Shown here: positions 21,386 through 34,112 of the stretch, in pieces
Position numbering within the stretch: position 1 is the stretch's first letter
Layout of the letters: each line of letters starts with the position of its first letter
Origin: Styela clava
Lineage: Eukaryota
Reading direction: 5' to 3'
Length of the DNA stretch: 64,000 bases
NCBI RefSeq assembly: GCF_964204865.1
Contig: NC_135254.1
Span: forward strand, 23,622,001 to 23,686,000
The notes under the pieces: model-generated
What the model was told of the DNA's origin: nothing
The model's input: the letters and a program-made list of their open reading frames with translations, nothing else
The model's database searches: none
Translations under genes and position numbers: made by a program

Positions 21386-24117
21386 AGATCCATCGACAGC
21401 ATCTAGCCACTTTCTTTTGCGCTCGTCAAACTACATTTGTGTTGCTGCGGGCATTTCGTTTTCCTGCTTAAAGCTTAGGGACTTGGGAAATATTTTATTA
21501 GTTGAAATGGATTGGAATATTCGACCTCGTCTTTCACTCCGAACAAGGCCATGTAAAACCATCCACTGGTATCTAACGATGTGTAACGTGTTTTCTTTTG
21601 GAGGAACCGGAACCTTTCAGGTGTGTAGCATTGACTTTGGCCAAATTAATATATCCTTGTGGAGATAAAAGGTATGCTTATGCGAAACCGAGATGTGCAC
21701 ATGTTACGCCAACATAGTTGAGTCAAACATTTTGATCACTAGTAAGTACATCACACCCATTTTCCTGCGTGCTTTGTTTGTACGTAGTAACGCGCACATT
21801 ATTGCGAGCATGCATCAAATTGCACTTGTTTATTGAGCTATAGGTTTTTGACGAGCTTTTGTGTATGATTTCGTTCAATAGAATTTGTATGCTGTTTTAA
21901 AGAATACTAGATTCAGCTTTTTTATTCATTCAAACCGCGTGTTGGAAGTAAGTTTTGTAATACTGCGTGTTGGTTTTTAAATGGTTTATTTATATCCATC
22001 AATTGACATCCTTAAATCGGTGATGCCAGTAAATCTTTAATACAAAAAAAAAACAGTATCATATGATAGGTGGGGGATGGATACTCATATTATCTGCTCC
22101 ATCGCGTGCCTCTTACCAGTTTACATGAGTGCCAATTGGTATTGGATTGGCAATTGGTAGTTTTTCAAGTGTGTAGATAGGTATAATCTTTTCCACGCTG
22201 TTGAGATGGGAATGCGCGAATATATCTGAGAATCGCTAATATTGGTTTGCAATGCGATGGAATCCCATCTTGGCATTTCTGCCTCTCGCAATTGCTGTTT
22301 ATATTTATCGGAGAAGTTCTGTGGCGTGGTTATCAAATGAAGAACACATGGGAGTATTTTTTCCACTTCTCTACTACTCTCAAACCTTGACATTTTGTCA
22401 AACCTTTTTTCCATTCAATCTTTTTTTTGAAACATCCCCACCAACCACAATTAGTTCTGTCATTAAACTTCCGAAACAAACAGATAAAATCATCAACAGA
22501 TGCATATCACCAAGTCCTAAGTAGATATTGCTAAATTGATCTTTATGTTACCATTTTTCATGTAATGCTTTTTGGTAAACCTGTTATCTATCGTAAATAC
22601 AGCACATTTGGCTATGTTGTAGTGTAACTTTTTTGGCCTCACATTTTTGATATTTGTATTCAGATCTCTTGGCCTTGGGGCTTTGTCAAACAAAGTTACA
22701 TATATATAAAATATTGGTTGTAAGTTGCAAAACATGATCATGCTGTTGGAATAACTCGCATTTTATCACCTGTATGTATATCATTCATTGTCGAGAATCA
22801 TAACGAAATCATAAAATCTAAAACCCGTTTTCGTGAATTTTTTGTTGTAGCTGAATTCGAGGGACAGCATGACAACAGGCACGAGAAGAACGGTAGCCTC
22901 TTATAGTTTATGACAGGGTTTCCTAAAAGGGGACCCCGGCCTCCTTGGAGGCCACTGATAGGTTATCTGGGAGCACGAACAAACAGATGGAAATGCGAAT
23001 ATATAATTACAATGTATTTTTATAGAAAAGAAGAAGCAAAAGTGTTGAAAGTCTTCGGTAGTTTGAATAGCATTGGCATTGAACATAAGAATGAACTACA
23101 TACTTTCCCAGGGATATACTATAAAATGTAGCAATTTCTCATTCTTGTTCTCGTGATAGCATTATCTTTCACTGCATCGTCGTGATCATCCCGCTGCATA
23201 ACAATCCTTGCTAGCAAATAATTGACTCTTCTCCACCGGGTGTATATCCACTTGAACCACTGCCGACTGCATTAGCAGGCTTGTATTGTTTATTGAAACA
23301 AAAAGCAGGTATTTTGAAATAGTACTCTTTATTTTACGCGTATGTTTCAACAGTATTTCCATATATATGGGTCGCCACCCAAAGCTGGGTTCAAAAAATA
23401 CCTAAAAGTTATTGATTTTTATTTCCTAGTAAATTTGGTGCCCCCGTAGTTTGTGCACCAAGATGGCACAACCTGAACATAGTACTGTAACAGGTTAGGT
23501 TTCAAGTTGTGCGCCATTGTTGCCAAATTGCTCAAGGCTGCAAACTCCACACCCATGTAGAAATGATGGGCAATAACCCCAAGATGAATAATCACAAATA
23601 AAAAACTTTATGTCTGAAAACAAGGTTGGGCCCAAAAAGGCCCCTTATCTGCCGGACTATTGTGGATATCTTCGAAAAATTCAATGCTAATAGTATGAGC
23701 TAAATGAGTCACTCGAAACGAGGTCATATTGAAGACTCGTGGCCACCACGCCCAAAAGTTGGTCAGCATTATATGTATGTATCGAAGGCTATAATTGTAT
23801 TCTCATTTTTATCTGTACCTGTTTTTATTTCAGTTCGATACAAGCTTTGTAATATATGGACATTCGGCTACCTAATGCTGAGTGATGATTATCTACCGCT
23901 GATGAGGTAGATTGGACCAATTCATATAAGAAAGCCAAATAGTATAGAATAGAGGGGAGAAATGCGCAAAAGTTAGGGGCAGATACCCACAGACCTTAAT
24001 ACCACAAAACAAAATACTTGGCCGTATGAAGATTTAAATTTATTTTGTTTATTGCCTCAATTAGTAAATTAAAGTACAAGCAGTTCATTCCTAGGAAATG
24101 AATATTTCATCTTTTGT

Positions 24118-27100
24118 TTACGAAACTATTCTATCCAACATCCTCATGACTGCTTTGATCTGCTCGCCATTGGCTGTTGCTGTAAATGAAAATATAGCAG
24201 TGCTTGAACACTGGTACATAAGAAAGGACACAATATTGATTTAGCCTATTTCGCGAACACTGAAATGTTTCTTGAATATATTTAATGTATATATATAAGA
24301 TACGAAATTGAAACAAAAACTTACCATAATACTCGCTGGTGAATCCCCACCTGCGCAAAAAATACCATGAATTATTTTGTTGTGCGGGTATCAGGCGTGA
24401 AGAAACCCACAAACTATCTGAGCCAATTTTTAAGTTTTAAAACACTCTACAGTCATAGTGCCACAAAAATGTCGTCTACAGAAAAATTGTGTTGTTATGG
24501 TGCAACGGTGGGCAAACCGCGACTCGCCGGAGTTTTATACAGCTCTTCTCGCTAGCAATAATTATATATTATCCAAATTTAACTAAGAGAAACTGTATCG
24601 TAACAGTTTTAATTCATTAAGCGGTTGAAGAAGCGTTCAACAATGATTAAGAAAAATTATGTTTTAGTATGAAAAGCGTAGAGTGGAATTTAATTTAAAT
24701 CAGTCAAACGACAAATCTTACATCCCAGCGATCAAATGTTTGTTGCTGCGTTGGCGGTTTGTTGTAGCTTTTTTGCGGTTAGTCTCCGCACTGCATTGTC
24801 TACATATCACCAAGACTTACAAACTTCCAGATAAGATGGAAACACACCAGTCAACTACTTCTGATATGTCCTCGCAATATATACTTTACAATATTGTTAT
24901 CATATTATTATTAGTTTGAAAAATTATGCGGCTCTTATACTAAAAAAAATTGCGTACCCCTGTTATAGTGCTTCGTTAAAATATTTTTTGGGGTCATTTC
25001 GTTGGTTGTATTGAAAATACAGGTAGATGATCGAAAAGGCAAATTTTGTAACTATAAATAAGTTGATCACTTTTTATATAAATGAAATTAAATAAAATTC
25101 TGCCACATTTTTTAAATGAAGTTTCAACTCATCTTAGCAGTTATTAATATGCTTCTAAAACCAATTTGCATAAACCAAATACAATAGCATACCAGTCCCA
25201 GCAACCCTGAGGATTTGTAATAAGATTCACTGATGTTCTCGGATAGAGTATGATAATGTTATTCAGAGCTGCAACTTCGTTATAACCCGCATCGTTAGCA
25301 AATGCTTCGGCTACGCTGTCGCTTGTCTTACATCCATGGAAAGCTACGTGCACGCGGCAACCTACAACATATTTAAGAGATCAAATTAGAGCGTTTTCAG
25401 ATCATGTCATATTGTATTTTTTGAACTTTTCGTTATTTTACTTTGTACTCCAAAAAGGAACTTCTGTTAGTTTTTTTGTAACTAGTATCATACGCTAAAT
25501 ATACTACTACTACGTCCCCTCAAAACAGCATGGGCATTGATGTGACTTTCTGGGAGCGCCAGAGGGACATAGCTAATAAAAATATAATAGCCTTTATTTA
25601 TAAACATAGTCTTTCCTGAGGCATATAGAATTTTTGTATGGTTAAATAGTTTTATAAGAAACATGATATATTCAAGAGAGACATGGCATATTGAGGGCGC
25701 TATAATATAAGATGACCGCTCACTTGTGGTTCCACTACTGCAGGACGTTGGCACAAATACCAGCCCGGTCTCATCCATAACAATATCTTTCGGATTTGAT
25801 GAATCCACAAAATCAGCTTGACTAAATTCTAGCAACTGTCCCTTCGGCAAATCATTGCTCTCATAATCCGGCATCTATAAGTCAATAACTATACATATAT
25901 ATTAGCATATTAAAATTATATCCATAAACAATTAGGTAAATCCCTACTGCCCGGGTATCGACGAAGCCCCGCGGATTTTCTATCTTTGTTGACTTGCTCG
26001 ATATCTTGTGGCACATAGGTACATAAGGAGCTTAATATTGCAGAGTAAAATTATAACACTTTTAACAATTACGATCTAACATAATAACATTACGAACATT
26101 TTTAACTAATTTTTTTTTTCCGAATCATGATAACAAATTAATGGACGTGAAATGCGGTTTTATTATCTGTGTCGTTAATTTGCCTTACTCAAAGTCAACC
26201 TGGCAAAATATAACTATTACCTGCAAGTTCCCGCCATAAATATGATTGAGAATATGATATGCCGCTGCAAATCCGCAATTATTTATATCATTGGTGTTTC
26301 TGAAGCCACAGAGTCCTCCTTTGTTCATTGTCGGCTTAACATAATTTATTGTGCAATAAGAAAATTATTTTGGTTGTCATTCTGTCATTCGGATATTGGC
26401 TCGATGGTGTGACGCATCGTGCTAAGCGAAAAGAATACGCTGGTCACCGCACCGCCGTAGGGTGGTTCCGTAAGCCCTGATTGGTTGGGACTTCCTCCAC
26501 CAATCCAGTCCATGTATCTGGAAACAAATGACTGGATAACTAATCCCATACCATACCCGACATGGACTGGTAACCGGGCGAGAGGCCGTGGTTCACCATA
26601 TATGATCAAGTCGTCTCATTAGATTTCCTTACCCATAGGGATAAATGTGTCAATCCCATCCTATCTCAAGAAGCATTGTACAGGCTGTAGAGCAGCAAAA
26701 CGACAAATATGTGCGGCTTTTGAAAATATACTCAATTCGACAAAATACCCTACCTCTATTCATTTTAAAACAAAATGCAACAAAATAGTTTTATAAGACG
26801 TAAATTGTCATTTCTGTAGCTGATAAGTCAATTATTTTGTTGGAAAATCGGAAAACAAAAACACGAGTTTCAAACTGAATCCGACCGGTAGAGTAGGCTT
26901 GAATAGACATAAATTGCATTAATTTCCGGTTTGTAAACAGTTGAATAAAATAGTATATACTCACAAATCCGTTCTGTGATGCAACATCGTATTCTGTTTT
27001 AATATTTGAAGGATTCACATAACTGAGATAAAATTCTTCTGCTTTTTCAACCACCCCTCAAGAAAAATAAAAGCTTGTAAGGCAATATTCATGTACTAAG

Positions 27101-30100
27101 TTTACCACAAGTTGTTTTATTCCTAAATATGTGAATCGAGGGTCTCAAAAATGCGTCATGGAATGCAAGGTGGGGCAAAAGTAGACTAATAGTTATTAAT
27201 CAATATAAATATATATATATATATTTAAATCCTATGATATTATACTAACAATTAAAAACTTGGAATGCTTTACATTTGTCAAACCATATTTTATTTGATT
27301 CGCGCTAACGCTCAGGTTAGACACTACTTGTGTGTATGATTGCCTACCTTTTAAAACTGTTGTGTCTTCTGTGCCGCTGTAAAGGTATACTTTGTCGTTA
27401 TTTAAGTTGGATAAATCTGGAACCGCACCACTTATGACGTAGTCCTGTGCATCAGATTTCAAAGTCGCCACATTTATACCCATCGGCATCGTCATGCAAT
27501 AGGTTGTCGCCAATGTTAGACTGTTTCTCGCACAATAATAAGGACCTAGAATATGAGAGTCATAGTTCCATTTCCAATCATCATTTTTGAGTAAAAAAGA
27601 TCAAAAAGAAGTAAGCAGTAGACAGAATATATATAGTGAAAAATATATATATATGAAAAAAAAAAATGTTTGGTTATCAATGGTTAGAACGACTGACTAC
27701 AGCCCCACTCATCAAAGTAAACTCATTTTTTTGTTCAGTACTGAGATGGGTGTTTCGCAGTCAGCATATTTTTCAATTAGCGATGGGTTTTGTGAAGCTC
27801 TGTGTTAGATATAAGAGACAAATTATATATAATATATATATGAAATTCGAACCACCACACGCAACGAAACAATTGAGCTCGTATACCTCCTGCTATTGCC
27901 CCGGCTCCCATTATATTATCGGATTCAGCAACATGCATTTGAATTGCCATATATCCACCCGAAGACAATCCACTTACTGAAATCGCATTTTTATCCGCTT
28001 TGTATGATCCTTAAAATATAGCAATGTTTGGTTATATCACGTGAATGGTTGGGCCCCGTTTGACGTTACTTAGTGAATTCAGCTCCCTACTAGATAAAAG
28101 CCTGAATCAGTAAAACGTCCGCATTTAACAAAATAGCCCACAAAAAATCGTGTAAAATTTATTTGAGTTTGATGTCGTTCAAAAAAAAGTCTGTTTAAAT
28201 GTATCACGCCTGTTCATTCGGAGGTCAGAACTTAAAATTAGAACTGAAATTACAGTGTATCCTGCTGATGTATAGTTTTGGTTTGACTAACCATTTTTTT
28301 TTGTTTCTTTGGTATGTGTGGTAAACAAAATTAAACCATTTTACCCAAAACTCCATCCTCAATAGAAGACCCTGGCTTTGTTGTTGTTTTCGGTTCAGTA
28401 ACTAAAAATAAATGAAAAAATATGTTTAATAATTATAATCAACAAGAACATCTAAACCAACCTTCTAAATCTAGCCCATATTTACAAACCAATATTTGAA
28501 ACTAGCTTTTTTAGTTATCATACTGAAACGTTCGCTATGATAAAATAAGCCGGAGACTAACTTTTGATAGTTGATGCGTCTGTTGGTACTACGTCAGGAG
28601 TTGTTGTAATCATTGTAGGTGCTGACGATGACGTCATAGCTGTTGAACCCGATGTCAGTCTTTTTACCATGTTCATTATTGCTACTACTTGTTTGCCATT
28701 GTGGTACGCTGCAAAATTATGAAGTTGAAAAAAAGGTATAAAAACCAGGGATGGGGTTTTACTACTACACTTAGGTATATATATATAAATATATAATAGG
28801 TTGAACTTTGAATTTTAAACGGCATTTCAACAAAACTGAATTCAATTTATTCAAAATACTGAGACAATTCATCATTGTTTTTAAACATAGTTTAGTCAGA
28901 GCTTCGAGGTATTACTAACAGTTGGAACTATAAAATCGCATCGCATGATCCATCTAGCAACCTACCGTAGTTTGAGTCGGTGTATCCCCAACTGCAATAA
29001 AAAAAAACACATGACAAAAAGATATGAATAGCTCATGTTTACATAATATATTACGTGCAGATATGCTACCTTTTTAAATGATTGATCCTATATGTAACGG
29101 AATTATCAGATCGAAAAAGCTCATTAAATTACTATTTCGGGTATTTTTTAAAGAATTATGGAAAAATAATTTAGATTTGACTAGATTTAAAATTGAAACA
29201 TCACGAGTTTTAATTAAACATTATTGGATACGTTTCAACTATCTTTGATATTGTACGATATGGCACGTTTCAGGCGACAATCAAATTCAGTAAATCTGGA
29301 ATGATGCAAGACCAAAACAGTGAAATTGGAATTGCAGACCGTATAATTATTCAGTTATACTTGAAGAAAATTATTCTTAAACGCTCTAAACTCTAATTTA
29401 ACAATATGTATCAATATACATGCGTGATAAAACATAAGAAAAATCGATAGGTTTGTGTTTTAACTTACAAGTCCCAACACCCATTGGGGTTGGAGATGGG
29501 AATGACTGACGCTTGAGGATATATAACAATAATATTATTCAATGCCGAAACCTCATTATAACCAGTCTGCATAACATAAGAATCTCCGATGAAGCTATCC
29601 CCTTGTTTACATCCATGTATAGAAACATGTAGACGGCATGCTGGAAAATTCAGAACGTTCAAAATAACCTATATATATATATATATCACCCATTAGCCTA
29701 CATCACTCAACAACTCAAGCTTTTAATACAAAGGAAGTTAGGTTCCATTTAAATGACGGTGACAATTTTGGTATTACATACTATTGAACTGTTAAGGTCG
29801 AATTTTCAGTATTCTCATAGTTATAGGCAATAATAAACAAACATGAGATTTCTAGACACCTAGACAACGTGCTGATATAGTCGATACCATATTGCCTTGG
29901 TATCGAAGAACGCAGTTTCAATCTTGTTACAGCTGTACAGTTGGAAAATTTGCCTTGCATTATAATTAGATAACAAAATTACAATACATTCTGTTGCTCC
30001 AGCGCAGGAATCTGGCACAAAAATATATCCTTTGGAATCCATTCCAATCGATGACGGATTTAGAGTATCTATGAATTCAGATTGGTCAAATGCCAAAACC

Positions 30101-32289
30101 GTGCCTCGCGGAGCAGGAGCTGTCAACGAATAACTGGGAACCTAAATAATAAAGTCTATTTGTAATACTTCATTTCAAATAGTTGTTTATTGGCTACTGA
30201 AATGAGCTCTTGTGAACATTACTCAATACTACGTTCCTAGATTGGCTGATAGAGTAATCTAATCATTTCTCGAGTTATATGTCTGCTGATCAATTACCAT
30301 AACCCTGTTTTGCTATCTTGTCCTTCTTGATGTTGCCCACGTGTGTGAGTGTTGGAAGACAAAAAGAATCATTGGCTACATTTAGTTCAAACTGATTATG
30401 AGGTCGGAGAATTTGTGATTGGACCCCGATTTGTCTTATTGTAACGTATTTCTATGATTCAGGTACCTCGAGGTTTCCGCCGTATATGTGATTAAGAAGA
30501 TGATAAGCAGAATCGTAATCACAGTCATTTATGTAAGTTGGTGTGTATATTCTGTTACACGCTCCACCATTGTCCATTGTGACCTGGGATTTGGAAAAAA
30601 GAATTTAGAATCGAAGAAAGTTTTAATACTACTGGAATACTGCAATCGAATACAAATATTGTCACATAAAAGACTATTATCTCACAAATCCATGCTCTGC
30701 AACAATGTCATACTGTGTCAAAATGTTGGCGGGATTAACAAACTCTTCGTAGAACTCCTGAGCTTTCGTCATCACACCTGAGAATAAAATGTTCTATTAT
30801 GTTATGTTCTTTCAAAAGCTGTCTTTTATGACTGGAAACTTTACCCACCTGGCTTGACGATCGAATCCTCTTTTCCACTAAATAGATAGAGTTTTGAATT
30901 GTACAGATGATCTAGCGAGCTTATTCGACCCAAGTCAGCTTGTGCTTTTGCGTTTTCTATCAAACTTTTTACTTGTATCATATAAGGTGATGACATGCAT
31001 GCTGTCAAAGCAGTTGATAGAGAATCCTGTGCGCAGTTGTATGGACCTGTAATACGGGGGAAAGGGTTTATATAATGACACAGATTGTAAAATCTATTTC
31101 ATCACAATGTACTCTATACGTAATACGCTAGGTAATGTTTTGTAAATTAAACGAAACTAGAAACGGCAGATCTATTCGAAGGTTTGACAAAATCTCCATT
31201 CACTTGGTATAATGGGTTTCTTGTATGTGTAGTTACAATTAAAACAAGATACGATCGCATGCACTACGGAAATGGTTGAGTGTGCTGAAAATGACGTCAG
31301 CATTTGGCCTATCGATTTTCTGAACCGATAAAGCTATATGATGTGCGTTACCCTTACCTCCAGCTACAACTCCAGCACCCATGAAAGTATCAGATTCAAT
31401 GATATGCATTTGTACTGCCATAAATCCTCCCGACGATAATCCACTAACAGAAATTGCAGTAGTATCAATGTTATAGGATCCTCATCGAATAAAAAAAAAA
31501 TTGTTCAACAAATAGCCAATTCAGAATACTTAATTCATATATTGCATTTCATCACTTTTCATATTGCTAAATCGAGTCGACTCCACTACTAACACATCTG
31601 ATTTCCCATTATTCATTACACAAATTGAAAATTTTCTGCTTCATCTTGGTTTCTAATGTTAAATATTTACTTATCACAATTAAAGAGTTTGCTGGCAGAA
31701 AATTGCCCTTCAAAATTTTTGAAAATTAAGCCATTATGGAATATTCTAACCCTGTGGTTTCGAACCTTTTTTGTGGAACGAAACACCAATGAAACATTCC
31801 CGAGGCTCGAATCACCATACAGTTCATTTAATTGTCTTTTATTGATTGTCGAAGTATATAAAACATAAATGTATAAATAGAGGAATCCTCCTAATACTAA
31901 CAGAATGAACTTATAATATTAGTAAATTCAATACACATTTAATTATATAAATTTAAGCAATAAACATAATATAGTAATATAGACTCTGGACTGGACCCCT
32001 GTACTGTACTGGCGGAACGCTGGGATGCAGCGGAACCTTGGTTGAAAACCACTTTTCTAGACGTGTGCGTTTTAAGAACTCAAAACTATTGTTATCAAAT
32101 TGCAATTTAATAATTAAACATGACAATGTCAGTCAGCCTTTGAATCTGCTTCAATTTTGTGCCCTAAACTTAGTTAGGCCTACATCAAAACTTACCAAGC
32201 TTTCCTTCGTTTGAAGCAGCGAAACTTGAATAACAGTAGAGACAAAATATGCAATATACAAGTTGCCATATTCGTATGGAATTCATCAT
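24118..32289 (-). CDS. Secreted two-domain poly(3-hydroxybutyrate) depolymerase-like protein (fungal PhaZ type), about 704 aa, 18 exons (copy B)
   Basis: Signal exon 32289-32196. Domain 1: 31480-31358, 31046-30849, 30777-30686, 30583-30467, 30141-29988, 29640-29469, 28991-28966, 28708-28562. Linker exon 28401-28345. Domain 2: 28009-27887, 27545-27348, 27056-26965, 26334-26221, 25874-25724, 25361-25193, 24350-24325, 24179-24118. All phases fit (2115 nt). Motifs: ISVSGLSSGG(F/Y)MA.QMH, GAG..AGGPY.CA, SG.EDxxV, AEHGF, YIFVP.SC, CRLHVSIHGC.Q, GYNEV.ALNNII..YPQ, NP.GCWD(F/W)WG. Confidence 0.88.
26398..26665 (+). mobile_element. Internally deleted copy of the tRNA-derived SINE, in a depolymerase intron
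   Basis: Colinear with the reverse complement of 5970-6320 (GCTAAGCG..GAATACGCT.G.CACCGCACC, CTTCCTCCACCA, GGTAACCGG, GGGATAAAT...CCTATC). The B-box segment is missing. Confidence 0.75.
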
Positions 32290-34112
32290 TCGGTGTTTGC
32301 AAGATACCACACTAATTTCGTTAAAAAGAAAATTTGCAAAATAGATGTACGTTATTTCGCAAGTGTGTTTAGGCTGTTCAATTCTGATCATCCAGGTAGG
32401 ACGTACGGTATATCAAAAATTTACTCTTGAATAATGTGTAATCAGACATATTACAATATTACCCTGGTTTACTCTTCACAATAAACAGGAAAATTTGCGT
32501 GAAACACGAATAACGGTAAAACTTCATTGATCCCAAGAATTCTGTACGCTACCGGATGTTCGCCATAGCAACCTCAACAATTAAAAAAAAGGCAACAACC
32601 GACAAAGTAACTGACAACAACTGAAAATTAATCCTTGGATACCATGGCGTATCCGTGAGACTTTTTCTTTGAGTTACACATGTTTGAATGGCAGATGATG
32701 ACGCAGATAGTCTAAAAACTCGATCCAAATTTAGAATTTCAGAGACCGTCAATAAACAAAACAATGGGGATTTCCCATTTGCTGATGTTTATTATGGTAT
32801 ATACACTATATACTATAGTATATACCAGGAGTGACCAACCGTTCGACCAAAATCTTCGAAATAGCTCGCGACTGATCGGTAATAAGGTCATACAATAAAA
32901 TGGCTGCTGAATATGCAGATAATTGTAAGTATCCATATTATCTAATCAGAGAAAAACTTCGATACTTCGATACTTATTTTACAATTTCCTCGAAGTGCAA
33001 TCGTCGCTCGCTTGGAATAAAAAAATTGGACATTCTGAATTATGATGCCACTGCTACTGTTGAGAATACAATTTATCACTCTATACAAAACAATAAAATT
33101 TATTTCGGCAGTCTGAAAACACGAAAGGAACAAAACACATAACAGAAATGCCCGGAAAACGAGCAAGACTTATGAATAAAGTTTATAACGCACAATGTAC
33201 GTGATCGTTTACCAAAAGTAACACAACTACACGTTTCATGTGAAAAAAGTGAGTCACACATTCAGGTTGAAAAAAAATGATAATAAAGTTGATAGCGTGT
33301 CGGACACAAACACGTTTCGGCCAAATAAACGCAGTTGGGCAATAATTACATGTGATAAAAGAGAATGCAAACTAAACACAATAAAACAAATAAACTCGAG
33401 ATTCTAGAACACGCATATATACAGATACCAAAATTGATTGATTAAGGGCAGTCCGATTGTTGCACATAAAAACTAACAATAAAAGTTTCCATGGATTTCG
33501 GATGAATTAAAGTCATTCTTTACATTAAATAGTATGTTATGTTGCTTTGCTACTGTTACAGGGTTCTTCATTGTTCTGATCATTTGTTTGTATTTTGTAG
33601 TACTTTCACGCCGATCCGATGGTTCAACATTCTTATTTCTGTCCAGGATTGCAACAACTCTTTTCGGCTCCACCCGGTTATCAGTACAGTTCTGAAATCA
33701 GATTCACAGAGAGAATTATTTTTGTCCGGGTTTCCAAGTTTTAGTCCAAAAGATCTCTTATTCTAGTTTTCCATCGCCCAATATCGGTACCACGTCCGCA
33801 CCCGACGGCGGTCTGATCAGAAATTCTATTCTTTGAGTGAGACAATAACTTTTGCGTACTGCAGAAGTCATTGCAGGATCATTTCTACGTCAAGACACAC
33901 GGTATTCACGGCTAAACTTTCATTTGTTAGATATTAAATAGAATCCATTTGGCTTGCCGAGACTCAAATATTGTAGGCCTATGGATATATCGTATTTTAC
34001 ACATGTCCCACACACATTTTTGGGTATGCTATTAAATTCACTCAACTTCAGACGCGACGTTGCAATGGTACATTTAATAGGAAATGAAAATATGAAAAAG
34101 TGCGGTAAAACA

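Noticed and set aside
22060-22830. Short minus-strand ORFs, possibly a decayed retroelement
   Set aside because: No diagnostic motif recognised and many stops, so it was left uncalled.
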